DNA of 64,000 bases from a virus: the IMG/VR virus record IMGVR_UViG_3300027849_000009; one strand, given 5' to 3'. The notes beneath the pieces were generated by a model, which was not told the origin of the DNA, searched no databases, and worked only from the letters and a program-made list of their open reading frames with translations. Every line of letters begins with the position of its first letter. Position 1 is the stretch's first letter. The translations under genes and the position numbers were made by a program. Below, piece after piece: positions 30,002 to 40,606 of this stretch.

Positions 30002-31704
30002 TAATATTTAAAAAACTAAGATATAAGAATTTCTTATCGACTGGTGATAGTTTCACTGAGATCCAACTGAATCGTTCTAGGTCTACTCTTGTAGTAGGTC
30101 AGAACGGTGCAGGTAAGTCTACGATGTTGGATGCTCTGTCATTCGCACTGTTCGGTAAGGCACATCGGAGTATCACGAAGAATCAGTTGATCAATTCTAT
30201 CAACAACAAAGGAACTGAAGTTGAAGTAGAGTTCTCTGTTGGTGTAAGTGAGTATAAGATTCATCGTGGTATTAAACCTAACACTTTCGAGATATGGAAA
30301 GATAATGTTCTGGTCAATCAGGACAGTCACAACAAGGAGTATCAGTCAGTACTTGAGAAGAATATTCTGAAGTTGAATCACAAATCGTTTCACCAGATAG
30401 TTGTTCTTGGATCATCTTCATTTGTTCCATTCATGCAACTCCCTGCTCAACATAGACGAGATGTGATCGAAGACCTACTTGACATTAACGTATTCTCTAA
30501 GATGAATGGTATTCTTAAAGAGCGTATGTCTGTGCTACGTGAGAAGGGTCGGACTAATCAAGTTCAGTTAGAGTTGATTCGTGATAAGATTAAGAACCAA
30601 GAACGATATGTAAACACACTTCGTCTACTTAGTTCCGAACAGAAAGCGAAGAAGCAGGTAGAGATAACTGAGTTAGGCGAGAAGATTGATGAACGTATAG
30701 CAACTAATACTGCTGATCTTGAGCATGAACTGACACAAGTAAAGTCACAACTTGCTAAGATAAACAAGCAGAGAGTAGAGTTCGAGAAGTACGACCATCA
30801 GTTTCAGGTTAAACAGAAAGAACTTGCGAAGGAAATTAAATTCTATGAAAGTAATGACATCTGTCCAACCTGTGACCAGGACATCGAAGAATCCCTTAAA
30901 TCAACAAAAACAGCACACGCACGAACTAAGGGAGAAGAACTCGAAGAAGGTAGAACCCAAGCGTCCACCAAAATCAACGAACTCGACGATAGACGTGGAA
31001 GTGTAGAGACGCATAGCAAGCAACTAGTCTCTGCTATTAATGATGTACATATCAGCAATGCTCAAGTGAACGAGTGGCAGAAACGTATGTCAGTTCTTCA
31101 GAATGACCTTATTAAGATTGATGAAGAGACAGCAAGTATTGATGAGGCATTAGAGGCGAAATCAGAACTCGAATCGAGCAAGCAAGTTTTACATGATGAG
31201 CATATCGTGATTGCTGATGAAGGATCATACGGTGTTGTTATAGCAGAACTGTTGAAAGATACTGGTATTAAAACCAAAATCATTAAGCAGTACTTGCCTG
31301 TCATTAATAAACTGACGAATCAGTATCTCCAGATTCTGGACTTCTATGTCTCGTTTGACCTAGATGACACTTTCAAAGAAACTATTCGTTCGCGTCACCG
31401 TGATTCGTTCTCGTATGATTCGTTCTCTGAGGGTGAGAAGCAACGCATCGATCTGGCGTTACTATTTACTTGGCGTATGATCGCTAAGATGAAGAACAGT
31501 GTTGCCACTAATCTGCTGATACTAGATGAGACTTTTGATTCATCTCTTGATGCTGATGGTGTGGATAACCTGACTAAGATAATTGATAGTATGGATGGTG
31601 ATTCTAGCATCTTTGTTATCAGTCATAAAGGAGCAATCCTGGAGCAATACTTTGATTCGAAGATTGAATTCATTAAAGAGAAAAACTTTAGTAAAGTCGC
31701 TTGA
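29998..31704 (+). CDS. gp46: Recombination ATPase gp46 (Rad50-like)
   Basis: GQNGAGKS, CPTC hook, FSEGEK, LILDE, SHK. Confidence 0.96.
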   Translation: MIIFKKLRYKNFLSTGDSFTEIQLNRSRSTLVVGQNGAGKSTMLDALSFALFGKAHRSITKNQLINSINNKGTEVEVEFSVGVSEYKIHRGIKPNTFEIWKDNVLVNQDSHNKEYQSVLEKNILKLNHKSFHQIVVLGSSSFVPFMQLPAQHRRDVIEDLLDINVFSKMNGILKERMSVLREKGRTNQVQLELIRDKIKNQERYVNTLRLLSSEQKAKKQVEITELGEKIDERIATNTADLEHELTQVKSQLAKINKQRVEFEKYDHQFQVKQKELAKEIKFYESNDICPTCDQDIEESLKSTKTAHARTKGEELEEGRTQASTKINELDDRRGSVETHSKQLVSAINDVHISNAQVNEWQKRMSVLQNDLIKIDEETASIDEALEAKSELESSKQVLHDEHIVIADEGSYGVVIAELLKDTGIKTKIIKQYLPVINKLTNQYLQILDFYVSFDLDDTFKETIRSRHRDSFSYDSFSEGEKQRIDLALLFTWRMIAKMKNSVATNLLILDETFDSSLDADGVDNLTKIIDSMDGDSSIFVISHKGAILEQYFDSKIEFIKEKNFSKVA

Positions 31705-31729
31705 CATCCCTAAAGTTCTATGTTATAAT
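31701..31729 (+). promoter_or_regulatory. Consensus sigma70 promoter
   Basis: TTGACA-17-TATAAT with extended TG. Confidence 0.85.
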
Positions 31730-31760
31730 ACACCCATAAACAAACAAACTGAGATATATT

Positions 31761-32435
31761 ATGGAATTAACTGAAAAGACTATGCAAGTTCTCAAGAACT
31801 ATGCTACTATCAACCCAAACATTGTGATCACTGAAGGCAATGTAATCAAGACTGTATCAGAAGCAAAGAATGTTCTAAGTTCTGTTGAACTAGATGTAAC
31901 ATTCCCGCAGACGTTTGGTATCTATGAACTAAGCGAGTTCCTAAGTGTTCTATCTCTGGTAGATTCACCACGACTCAAGTTCGAAGACACTTATGTCCTT
32001 GTTACTGACAATGCTGGTCGTTCACGTATCAAGTACTTCTATTCTGATATTGATATGCTGACTACTCCTTCGAAAGACATCATTATGCCTGAGACCGAAG
32101 TTAAGTTTACACTAGATAGTGCCACTCTATCCAGTATCAAACGTGCGGCATCTGTTCTTGGTCATACTGAAATGTCAGTGACCGCATCTGATGGTGTTGT
32201 ATCGTTATCTGTAATCGATAACAATGATCGTACCTCAAACGTATATTCTATTGATGTTGATGGAGTATTTGCTGAAGAGAAGTTTAACTTTATCTTTAAC
32301 ATCTCTAACCTTAAGATGGTTGATGGTGATTATGAAGTTGGTATTTCTAAGAAATTAATCTCACATTTTGTGAACAAAGAGAACGGCATCGAATACTGGT
32401 GCGCCCTCGAAAAATCTAGTACTTACGGAGAATAG
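31761..32435 (+). CDS. gp45: Sliding clamp gp45
   Basis: LKNYATINPNI, FGIYELSEFL, YWCALE. Confidence 0.95.
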   Translation: MELTEKTMQVLKNYATINPNIVITEGNVIKTVSEAKNVLSSVELDVTFPQTFGIYELSEFLSVLSLVDSPRLKFEDTYVLVTDNAGRSRIKYFYSDIDMLTTPSKDIIMPETEVKFTLDSATLSSIKRAASVLGHTEMSVTASDGVVSLSVIDNNDRTSNVYSIDVDGVFAEEKFNFIFNISNLKMVDGDYEVGISKKLISHFVNKENGIEYWCALEKSSTYGE

Positions 32436-32437
32436 TA

Positions 32438-32626
32438 ATGAGTAACAATGTAGAAATGACAGACCTGGCGAATCGTATCACACGATCAACTGTTGCAGTA
32501 ATCGACACAGTTGCCGCCCGAGGTGGATTTAAAGGTGAAGAACTAGCAACTATTGGACAGTTGCGTGATCAGTGTATTGCATTGATTCAGATTGTTGAAG
32601 ACGCTCAGGCGCAAGCAGTAGAATAA
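32438..32626 (+). CDS. Hypothetical protein
   Basis: 62 aa; GGAG RBS; ARGGFKGEEL. Confidence 0.6.
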   Translation: MSNNVEMTDLANRITRSTVAVIDTVAARGGFKGEELATIGQLRDQCIALIQIVEDAQAQAVE

Positions 32627-32639
32627 AGATTCGATTCGC

Positions 32640-32694
32640 TTGACTTTTGGTCTTGTCTGCTGTATAATTACGTATAGTAGACAAGACATTTTTT
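32640..32694 (+). promoter_or_regulatory. Sigma70 promoter overlapped by a terminator-like hairpin
   Basis: TTGACT(32640)-17-TATAAT(32663); 16-bp stem 32650-32665/32672-32687 followed by a T-run. Confidence 0.75.
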
Positions 32695-32710
32695 ATATTA
32701 TGAGGCACAT

Positions 32711-33646
32711 ATGAGCAAAGACTTTTTATGGGTAGAGAAATATCGCCCACAAACAATTAAAGACACCATCCTTCCTAAAAAACTAAAAGACGTATTCCTT
32801 AAAATCGTAGAAGGCGGCGAGATGCCCAATATGCTTTTTACTGGTACTGCTGGTCTTGGTAAAACAACTGTAGCAAAAGCACTATGTAAAGAACTTGACT
32901 ATGATTGTATTGTGGTCAACTGTTCTGAAGATGGTAACATCGATACACTTCGTGGTAAGATTAGACGCTTTGCATCTTCGGTATCTCTTGGCGGTGACGT
33001 TAAAGTTGTTATCCTAGATGAGGCAGATTATCTTAATGCTCAATCAACTCAACCCGCACTACGTGGTTTCATCGAAGAGTTTGCTGACAACTGTAGATTC
33101 ATCTTAACTTGTAACTTCAAGAACCGTATCATCGAACCTATCCATTCTCGCTGTGGTGTATATGAATTCAATACATCTAAGAAAGACATGGGTCAATTGT
33201 GTGGTCAGTTCATGGAACGACTCAAGACAATTCTTGATACCGAAGGTGTTACGTACAGTGATAAACTGATTGCTAACATGATTATGAAACATGCTCCTGA
33301 TTGGAGAAGAGTGATTAATGAATGTCAACGCTATTCAATGGGTGGTCAACTAGACTCTATTGCTATCGATAGTACTGATAGTGAAGTCGATCAACTGTTC
33401 GCCTCGCTGAAAGCAAAAGACTTTAAGAAGATGCGCTCATGGGTTGTTAATAATGTTGATGTAGATACCTCGACCATCTTCCGTTCACTATATGACAAGA
33501 TGTATGATAGAGTTGATCCGTCATCTATTCCGCAGTTAGTATTAATTCTTGCTGACTATCAATACAAGGCGGCATTTGTTGCTGACCATGAGTTAAACAT
33601 TGTTGCTTGTATGACTGAAGTAATGGCAAATGTGGAGATGATCTAA
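32711..33646 (+). CDS. gp44: Clamp loader large subunit gp44
   Basis: LWVEKYRP, GTAGLGKTT, ILDEAD, SRC. Confidence 0.96.
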   Translation: MSKDFLWVEKYRPQTIKDTILPKKLKDVFLKIVEGGEMPNMLFTGTAGLGKTTVAKALCKELDYDCIVVNCSEDGNIDTLRGKIRRFASSVSLGGDVKVVILDEADYLNAQSTQPALRGFIEEFADNCRFILTCNFKNRIIEPIHSRCGVYEFNTSKKDMGQLCGQFMERLKTILDTEGVTYSDKLIANMIMKHAPDWRRVINECQRYSMGGQLDSIAIDSTDSEVDQLFASLKAKDFKKMRSWVVNNVDVDTSTIFRSLYDKMYDRVDPSSIPQLVLILADYQYKAAFVADHELNIVACMTEVMANVEMI

Positions 33647-34251
33647 TGATTAACATATATGATTATGAAACATTAGGCACTGACTTGAACACTGCTCCTG
33701 TAGTGAACGTGGCGGCAATGACAGTTGACGAAGATATGTTTCTTTCTGATACTCCATACTCTTATATGGACTTAGTTGGTCTTGCTAAGATAATGAAGTT
33801 TGATGTTAAAGAGCAGGTCGAGAAGTACGGACGTATTGTAGATAAGAATACACTCGCGTGGTGGCAGAAGCAAGGAGAAGCGGCAATGTCGCAACTCAAA
33901 CCTCTGTCAACAGATGTATCAATCACAGAACTGCCAGCGTTTCTTCGTGCAACAATGACACCTGGTCAATTAGTTTATACGCGAGGCAACACTTTCGATC
34001 CTGTTCTCACTACATCTATATGCAATCTACTAGACGCATCAGAACCCTACAGATTCTGGGATGTTCGTGATACTCGTACTATGATTGAAGGCATTGCAAT
34101 TGGTCATGGTATTAATATCAATAACTCATTCGTACCTAAGGGCGTTAATGATGGTGACTTCATTGCTCACAATCCTGCACACGATATCGCTATGGACATT
34201 TTCAGAATACAGCAGTTGCTAAGAGGTGTATTCTACAATGAACCCTTTTGA
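33646..34251 (+). CDS. dexA: DexA-like 3'-5' exonuclease
   Basis: DEDDh motifs DYETLG, RGNTFD, RDTRT, HNPAHD. Confidence 0.8.
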   Translation: MINIYDYETLGTDLNTAPVVNVAAMTVDEDMFLSDTPYSYMDLVGLAKIMKFDVKEQVEKYGRIVDKNTLAWWQKQGEAAMSQLKPLSTDVSITELPAFLRATMTPGQLVYTRGNTFDPVLTTSICNLLDASEPYRFWDVRDTRTMIEGIAIGHGININNSFVPKGVNDGDFIAHNPAHDIAMDIFRIQQLLRGVFYNEPF

Positions 34252-34615
34252 TTATGTGATGGCGATTAATCTAAGTAAGAAAGACCTGATGGTAGATGAC
34301 CTGACTGAGAAGGGTTATGCTCCATATATGGTAAATAGATCCCTTTCTTACTTCCCAGACACTGTTGCTGTTGCTAATGCTATGAATCAGCACTACTCTA
34401 TTGACAAAAAACTACAATTTCATTTTCTGCTAAATATAGTTAGAAAGAGGAAGCGGTTCTCTAAATGGGATAAAGCGACCAAATCTGATGACGTGGATGC
34501 AGTTAAAGAGTATTATGGTTATAGCAACGAGAAAGCAAAGTCTGCTCTTAAACTCCTCACACCCGACCAAATAATAAGTATTAAGAAAAGGATCTATAAA
34601 GGTGGAAGGAATTAA
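34238..34615 (+). CDS. gp62: Clamp loader small subunit gp62
   Basis: PYMVNRSLS, RKRKRFSKW, EYYGYSNEKA. Confidence 0.93.
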   Translation: MNPFDYVMAINLSKKDLMVDDLTEKGYAPYMVNRSLSYFPDTVAVANAMNQHYSIDKKLQFHFLLNIVRKRKRFSKWDKATKSDDVDAVKEYYGYSNEKAKSALKLLTPDQIISIKKRIYKGGRN

Positions 34616-35006
34616 ATTATGGACATCGTCCGATATGTTAGAAGTTATTCTTCAAGAACCCGATGACTTCTTAAAAGTGCGCGAGACACTGACACGAATG
34701 GGTGTCGCATCTCGCAAAGAAAATAAACTGTTTCAGTCTTGTCACATTCTACATAAGCAAGGCAGATACTTCATTGTTCACTTCAAAGAACTATTTCTAC
34801 TAGACGGCAAGAAGTCTAATTTAGAAGAGATGGATCTACTACGAAGAAATAGTATTGCTCAGTTGTTAGCAGATTGGGGTTTAGTAAGCATCGTTGATAA
34901 AGAGATGGTTGCTGAATGCGCACCGCTAAGACAGATTAAGATTATTTCTCACAAAGAAAAGAGTGAGTGGGAGTTATGTCCCAAGTATAATATAGGTAAC
35001 AAGTGA
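34602..35006 (+). CDS. regA: Translational repressor RegA
   Basis: DDFLKVRETLTRMG, QSCHILHKQGRYFIVHFKELF. Confidence 0.96.
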   Translation: MEGIKLWTSSDMLEVILQEPDDFLKVRETLTRMGVASRKENKLFQSCHILHKQGRYFIVHFKELFLLDGKKSNLEEMDLLRRNSIAQLLADWGLVSIVDKEMVAECAPLRQIKIISHKEKSEWELCPKYNIGNK

Positions 35007-35134
35007 CAGTAGAAGAACATATACACAGGATGGAAGAACTCTTCGGGGAACTTCCTAATCCTGATCACAGTCCAATACAGTTTCAATACTATGTTGACCT
35101 GTACAAGTTTTATACGAAACAGGGTTACTGTTAG
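35003..35134 (+). CDS. Small hypothetical protein (43 aa, not in ORF track)
   Basis: GTG overlaps the regA stop; MTVEEHIHRMEELFGELPNPDHSPIQFQYYVDLYKF. Confidence 0.55.
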   Translation: MTVEEHIHRMEELFGELPNPDHSPIQFQYYVDLYKFYTKQGYC

Positions 35135-35205
35135 TATAAATAAGCGCGTAGATGCGGATGGTCCGGTCTACATTTTTATCTTGCTTTTAATTAAGGAGAA
35201 GCACT
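35135..35205 (+). promoter_or_regulatory. Late promoter plus ROSE-like RNA thermometer in the hsp20 5' UTR
   Basis: TATAAATA at 35135; hairpin 35148-35171; TCTTGCTT (35179) pairs with SD AAGGAGA (35193) leaving a bulged G. Confidence 0.8.
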
Positions 35206-35634
35206 ATGACGAACACAACGAGTATCAAAGTACCCAGTCTATATCCACGAGCATCATTTGTGGGTTTTGACCACCTCTTCGCTGAATTAGATTTTGTCAC
35301 GAGAAATGCCAAAGACACTTACCCTCCACATAACGTAGTAAAAATCAACGAGTTTGATTATGTGATAGAGATAGCAGTCGCGGGTTTTGAGATGGACGAT
35401 CTTATCATTGAACAGGACGAGCGAACTTTGAACATAGCAGGCAATCAACAAAGTGTGGATGCGCCTGTTGAATACCTACACAAAGGTATTTCCACTAAAA
35501 AGTTTCAACGAACTTTTCGACTTTCCGAGTATGTTGAAGTAGTAGGAGCGACTCTGGACAAAGGTATCCTTGTAGTTAATCTAAAGGTCGAATTGCCCGC
35601 AGAGAAGCGTCCACGTAAAATTAAAATCAATTAA
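35206..35634 (+). CDS. Small heat-shock protein (IbpA-type Hsp20)
   Basis: VGFDHLF, YPPHNV, IEIAVAGF, YLHKGIS, PRKIKI. Confidence 0.95.
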   Translation: MTNTTSIKVPSLYPRASFVGFDHLFAELDFVTRNAKDTYPPHNVVKINEFDYVIEIAVAGFEMDDLIIEQDERTLNIAGNQQSVDAPVEYLHKGISTKKFQRTFRLSEYVEVVGATLDKGILVVNLKVELPAEKRPRKIKIN

Positions 35635-35655
35635 TTTTCGTGGAGAAAAAAAGAA

Positions 35656-35748
35656 ATGGCAACGTCTAAAGTAGACAGGGTCGGTTCTTGGTTAATAGGT
35701 TCAATGTGTACTATCGCATTGTTCGTATCAATCACAGCACTGATTTAA
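35656..35748 (+). CDS. 30-aa single-TM peptide (not in ORF track)
   Basis: GGAG RBS; MATSKVDRVGSWLIGSMCTIALFVSITALI. Confidence 0.5.
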   Translation: MATSKVDRVGSWLIGSMCTIALFVSITALI

Positions 35749-35763
35749 CAGTCAAGAAAACTC

Positions 35764-35789
35764 GGGAGGTGAGATGCCTCCCAACTTTT
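35764..35789 (+). terminator. Probable intrinsic terminator
   Basis: GGGAGGT..GCCTCCC stem, short T-run. Confidence 0.6.
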
Positions 35790-35800
35790 AGGATGAACTA

Positions 35801-36517
35801 ATGATTGAAGCATATATGGGAGTTGATCTAAACAATCCACTCGCAGTAAAGTACAACGAATTATCCCTCAAATCTTTTGAATGCGTATCTGACGTACTCA
35901 ACATAAACGTAATACAATGTATAACACCAGATACATTATTCCCACATCTTACGTTATCAAAACATAAAGACAGATCACCACAAGAAATAGCACATATTCA
36001 TTCAACCTTCAGACTCATGCGACGAATCTCTCGTGGCGAACGTCTATGGATTATGGAGCATGATGCATATTTAATCCCGGAACAGGTTGACATGTTCAGG
36101 CGTATTATGTTAAAATATACAGAGATGCCAACATGTAATATTGGTATTGCGCTTGAGTGTTACACAGTTATACCACAGATTGCAGAGATGTTTTGTGAAC
36201 ATGTTATTAATGACGAGATGCACAACTGTCGTGGACCTATGAGTATACTCCACTCTGTCACTGACTTTTACTGTAAAGCGAACAACAATAATCGATACAA
36301 TGTTTATTGGCCAAAGAAGGGCATGGATAACAAAACTGGCGTTTCAGTTAATGTTTCTCATGCTCACACTCGACCCAGTGTAGTACTTGATAGTCCTATT
36401 ACTCAGTTAATAGATGAGAATCAAGGTTGCACAGTAACAGATAGAACTAGATTCCAAGGAAAAGAACGATACTACAATTCAAAGACACACCCAAACTTTC
36501 ACTTCGTTACATTATAA
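35801..36517 (+). CDS. Glycosyltransferase family 25-like protein
   Basis: [23 protein letters not shown] resembles the GT25 pattern E.GC..SH..LW...ILEDD. Confidence 0.5.
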   Translation: MIEAYMGVDLNNPLAVKYNELSLKSFECVSDVLNINVIQCITPDTLFPHLTLSKHKDRSPQEIAHIHSTFRLMRRISRGERLWIMEHDAYLIPEQVDMFRRIMLKYTEMPTCNIGIALECYTVIPQIAEMFCEHVINDEMHNCRGPMSILHSVTDFYCKANNNNRYNVYWPKKGMDNKTGVSVNVSHAHTRPSVVLDSPITQLIDENQGCTVTDRTRFQGKERYYNSKTHPNFHFVTL

Positions 36518-36522
36518 ATCGC

Positions 36523-36551
36523 TTGACTGTCCGCGCCATGTGTGTTATAAT
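36523..36551 (+). promoter_or_regulatory. Sigma70 promoter for gp43
   Basis: TTGACT-17-TATAAT with extended TG. Confidence 0.8.
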
Positions 36552-36575
36552 GGTGTCTTATACTATGGAGAACCT

Positions 36576-39014
36576 ATGAACTTTTACACAAATGTGACCC
36601 GATACGGTAACAAATTACTTTATCGTGGATATGAAAACGGTGAGCGCGTAGAACTACGCATACCTTATCAACCCACAATGTATGTTACCTCACGTAAGGC
36701 GACTGGCAAATACAATACACTCTACGGTGTTCCTGTCGAACCTATGCAGTTCGATTCCATGAAAGAAGCAACTGAATTCACCAAGCAATACGAAGGTGTG
36801 AAGAACTTCGATGTTCACGGTCAGTCTAACTTCGTAACCCAATTCATTAGTGATGCATTCCCTCAAGAGGACATCAAGTGGGATCTCAGTCAAATTAACA
36901 TATGCTCAATCGATATTGAGGTGAAGTCTGATCAGGGTTTCCCTAAACCTCAAGAGGCGGCACATCCTATCACTGCTATTGGTGTCAAGAACAATCAAAG
37001 CGATGGTTACACAGTATGGGGTCTTAAAGATTATGATCCAACTCTGAATGACTTAGAAGTGACGTACTTCAAGATGATCGACGAGAAGGCGTTGATTCGT
37101 GCTTTCTTGGACTGGTGGGGTGCTAACTCGCCTGACATCGTTACTGGTTGGAACTCAAAGGGTTTTGATATTCCATACCTAGTCAACCGCACTCGTAATA
37201 TAATCAATGATGATGCTATTAAAGCATTCTCTCCATGGAAGTTAGTTCAAGCGAGAGAAACTAAAACTGCTTACGGTGTTGACCAGACTTACGATCTTAT
37301 GGGCATTGCGCAACTCGACTACCTTGAATTGTTTAAGAAGTTCGGTAAACTGACATACGGTGAGCAAGAGTCCTACAAACTGGATCATATTGCTCAGACC
37401 ATACTCGGCGAAGCAAAACTATCATACGAAGAACATGGTAATCTACACACACTATACGAGCAAGATCACCAGAAGTACATCGACTATAACATTAGAGATG
37501 TCGAGTTGATCGTGCGATTCGAAGAGAAGATGGGTCTAATTGCTCTTGCTCTTACTATGGCATACCAGTCTAAAGTAAACTATGCAGATACATTCGGCAC
37601 AACTTCTATCTGGGATTCTATCATCTACAATCAGTTGATTAAGAAGAATGTTATTATTCCACCTAAACCTCCTCTGGATCACGATGTTAGTCGTATTGTT
37701 GGTGGTTACGTGAAAGAACCTCAAGTAGGATCACATAACTGGGTAACATCATTCGATTTGGCATCTCTGTATCCTAACATCATTGTACAGTACAATATGT
37801 CACCCGAGACTATGTGCTATGACGAAGATATTCCTACTGCTATTGCCGCTAACGGTGCTTCTTTCCGCAAAGATAAAGAGGGTATTATTCCTAACGTGAT
37901 TCGTAAGTTCTATGATAATCGTGTTACTATCAAAAAGAACATGCTTGCGGCACAGCAGAAGTATGAGATTGAACCCACCCATGAACTCGTGAATGAGATT
38001 GCAACGCTGAATAATCAGCAGATGGCGATTAAGATTTTGATGAACAGTCTCTACGGTGCGCTTGCTAATAAGTACTTCCGTTACTTCGATCAGCGTATCG
38101 CCGAGGGTGTTACTATGTCTGGTCAACGTGCTATCAAGGTAGCAGAGGTAGCAGTCAATGACGAGATGAACAATCTCCTCAAAGATAAGAAAGATTATGT
38201 TATTGCTATGGATACTGACTCCTTGTATATCAACATGGAATCTTTGGTGACGAAGTTCTCACCTGCTGATCCTGTTAAGTTTCTTGATAAGATATGCGGT
38301 GAACATTTCGAGAAAGTTATTGCTGGCGCATATGACAAACTAGCGAACGACACTGGTGCATACATCAATCGCATGGTGATGGAGCGAGAAGTTATTGCTG
38401 ATCGTGGTATCTGGTTGGCGAAGAAGCGTTACATCCTAAATGTACATAACAACGAGGGTGTCCAGTACGCAGAACCCAAACTCAAGATGATGGGTATCGA
38501 AGCAATCAAGTCATCCACTCCTATGGTCTGTCGTAAGAAGTTCAAAGAAGTCTTTAAGGTTATCATCGAAGGTACAGAAGAAGATACTCAGAAGTTTATT
38601 GCAGACTTCAGAAGCGAGTTTAGTTCTCTCAATCCCGAAGATGTTGCATTCCCCAGAGGTATCTCGGATCTTACTAAGTATAAGGATCGAAAGAATATTT
38701 ATGGTAAGGGCACTCCAATTCATGTTCGTGGCGCCCTTCTATATAATCACTACGTAAAGAAAGCAGGAATGACTGACAAATACGAGACGGTTAAAGATGG
38801 TGAGAAGATTAAGTTTATCTACCTGAAACAACCTAATCGTATTAAAGAGAATGTTATTTCATTCCCAACTACTTTACCAAAAGAACTTGGACTCCATCCT
38901 CAGATTGATTACAATTTACAGTATGAGAAGACTTTTCTTTCACCACTTGAACCCATTCTGGCGGCAGTCGGATGGAGTTCTGAACCAAGAGCATCACTAG
39001 AGGAGTTCTTTTAA
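36576..39014 (+). CDS. gp43: Family B DNA polymerase gp43
   Basis: DIEV exonuclease, [31 protein letters not shown]; GGAG RBS before ATG 36576. Confidence 0.98.
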   Translation: MNFYTNVTRYGNKLLYRGYENGERVELRIPYQPTMYVTSRKATGKYNTLYGVPVEPMQFDSMKEATEFTKQYEGVKNFDVHGQSNFVTQFISDAFPQEDIKWDLSQINICSIDIEVKSDQGFPKPQEAAHPITAIGVKNNQSDGYTVWGLKDYDPTLNDLEVTYFKMIDEKALIRAFLDWWGANSPDIVTGWNSKGFDIPYLVNRTRNIINDDAIKAFSPWKLVQARETKTAYGVDQTYDLMGIAQLDYLELFKKFGKLTYGEQESYKLDHIAQTILGEAKLSYEEHGNLHTLYEQDHQKYIDYNIRDVELIVRFEEKMGLIALALTMAYQSKVNYADTFGTTSIWDSIIYNQLIKKNVIIPPKPPLDHDVSRIVGGYVKEPQVGSHNWVTSFDLASLYPNIIVQYNMSPETMCYDEDIPTAIAANGASFRKDKEGIIPNVIRKFYDNRVTIKKNMLAAQQKYEIEPTHELVNEIATLNNQQMAIKILMNSLYGALANKYFRYFDQRIAEGVTMSGQRAIKVAEVAVNDEMNNLLKDKKDYVIAMDTDSLYINMESLVTKFSPADPVKFLDKICGEHFEKVIAGAYDKLANDTGAYINRMVMEREVIADRGIWLAKKRYILNVHNNEGVQYAEPKLKMMGIEAIKSSTPMVCRKKFKEVFKVIIEGTEEDTQKFIADFRSEFSSLNPEDVAFPRGISDLTKYKDRKNIYGKGTPIHVRGALLYNHYVKKAGMTDKYETVKDGEKIKFIYLKQPNRIKENVISFPTTLPKELGLHPQIDYNLQYEKTFLSPLEPILAAVGWSSEPRASLEEFF

Positions 39015-39601
39015 TGAAATTAGATCATCTGTCATTCCCCGACATAGGTTGGGGTTATATGCCACCCACAAAGCAAGTGTTTGCCGCATTTGAGTTTGTG
39101 CAAGAACACTATAAACCAAAGTCTGTATTGGAGATTGGGTTTCATATTGGTCATTCAACTACTTACCAGTTAGACATATACAAGGATGCAAGAATTGTTG
39201 GTGTATCTCCTGACAATGAACGTATTGGTAAACCAGGCGATTGCACCGATCCTCAAGTTAGAAGGGATATGGTAGGGATTCTGAATGAGTTATACATCAA
39301 TCGATTCACTTGGGTACCAGGTAGAACAAAGGACGTTAAAGATAAATTGGTCGATGAGTATGTATTCGACTTTGCGTTGGTTGATGGTAATCATGCAGAA
39401 GCGGCGGCACTCTATGACATGGAAGTTATCTACGAGTTAGCGATTCCTAATCTACTGATAGACAACTGGGATCAAGCACCAGTAAAGTCTGCTGTAATCA
39501 AACATGGCAAGTATGAACTAGTAAAGGAGTTCGACTATGACCAAACTTTCAAAGGCAAGACTCAGACCAATCAAATGGGACTATTAACTCTTAAAAAATA
39601 A
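39014..39601 (+). CDS. Class I SAM methyltransferase (Methyltransf_24-like)
   Basis: VLEIGFHIGHS, FDFALVDGNH. Confidence 0.8.
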   Translation: MKLDHLSFPDIGWGYMPPTKQVFAAFEFVQEHYKPKSVLEIGFHIGHSTTYQLDIYKDARIVGVSPDNERIGKPGDCTDPQVRRDMVGILNELYINRFTWVPGRTKDVKDKLVDEYVFDFALVDGNHAEAAALYDMEVIYELAIPNLLIDNWDQAPVKSAVIKHGKYELVKEFDYDQTFKGKTQTNQMGLLTLKK

Positions 39602-39604
39602 TGG

Positions 39605-39633
39605 TTGCATTCTGAAATTAACTGTGTTATAAT
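39605..39633 (+). promoter_or_regulatory. Sigma70 promoter, probably producing a leaderless mRNA
   Basis: TTGCAT-17-TATAAT with extended TG; ATG 7 nt after the -10 box; no SD. Confidence 0.7.
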
Positions 39634-39640
39634 ACATACT

Positions 39641-40585
39641 ATGAAATACGAACTGACAATATTCCAATCTGCATTCGACAATAAGACTCACCGCAAGGCA
39701 TCTTTTGATACTTGGGATGAGTTTGTTGGATTACTAGAAGCACTCTCAACTAAATATGGAGAAAAAGGTGGTAAAAACTCATCCGCTCTTATCAGTCCTG
39801 CCATTTTCGCAGACGGCACAACACGTAGCAACGTCAATACTTTACATTGGGGAGGTTGGTGTGCAGTTGATGTTGATAAGCATAGTTTCCTTCCTGACTT
39901 GGACATTCTAAAGAATGAACTTATCACTCGATTTAGTGATCTGGATTTCGTGTGCTATTCTACTGCTAGTTCTCGCGACGACTATTATAAGTTCCGTCTT
40001 GTCTTCAGAATTGAAGAAACTATCCCAAATGATAAAATCAAGTCATTTTGGTACGCCCTCAATACCGATATTGGAGAAATCGGTGACCCGCAGACAAAGG
40101 ATCTTGCAAGGATGTATTACATTCCTGCAGTGTATCCAGGCGCTAATAATTTTTTCTTCAAGCACTCTGGTGGTAGTAGCATTGATCCAAATGCTCTTAT
40201 AAGTAAACATCCATACGTTACAAAGACTGGCAATTCTTTTCTGGACAGATTGCCCGAAGAAATGCAACAAGCAGTAATACAGCATCGTAAAAATTCGATG
40301 ACTGCAACAAACATCTCATGGACAGATTATCGCGACTGTCCATTCTTTCCGAAGCGTCTTGCTATAGAATATGGTTCGATTGCTGAGGGTGGGTGGTATC
40401 ACAAGATGTATCAAATAATGGTTGCTACAGCAGGTACGGCAATCAAGCGAGGTTATCCTATCACTGCCAAGCAAGTTGCAGATTTATGCAGACAACTTGA
40501 CAATGACAATGGAAAATGGTATACTAGTAGACCGCTAGAAGTTGAAGCGGATCGAGCAGTTGAATATGCGTATAGAAATAATTAA
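39641..40585 (+). CDS. AEP-superfamily primase-polymerase-like protein
   Basis: ISPAIF, AVDVD, YSTASS, KFRLVF, DPQTKDLARMYYIP; helical C-terminal domain. Confidence 0.65.
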   Translation: MKYELTIFQSAFDNKTHRKASFDTWDEFVGLLEALSTKYGEKGGKNSSALISPAIFADGTTRSNVNTLHWGGWCAVDVDKHSFLPDLDILKNELITRFSDLDFVCYSTASSRDDYYKFRLVFRIEETIPNDKIKSFWYALNTDIGEIGDPQTKDLARMYYIPAVYPGANNFFFKHSGGSSIDPNALISKHPYVTKTGNSFLDRLPEEMQQAVIQHRKNSMTATNISWTDYRDCPFFPKRLAIEYGSIAEGGWYHKMYQIMVATAGTAIKRGYPITAKQVADLCRQLDNDNGKWYTSRPLEVEADRAVEYAYRNN

Positions 40586-40606
40586 TTTAATGAAAGGTAA
40601 AAATGT

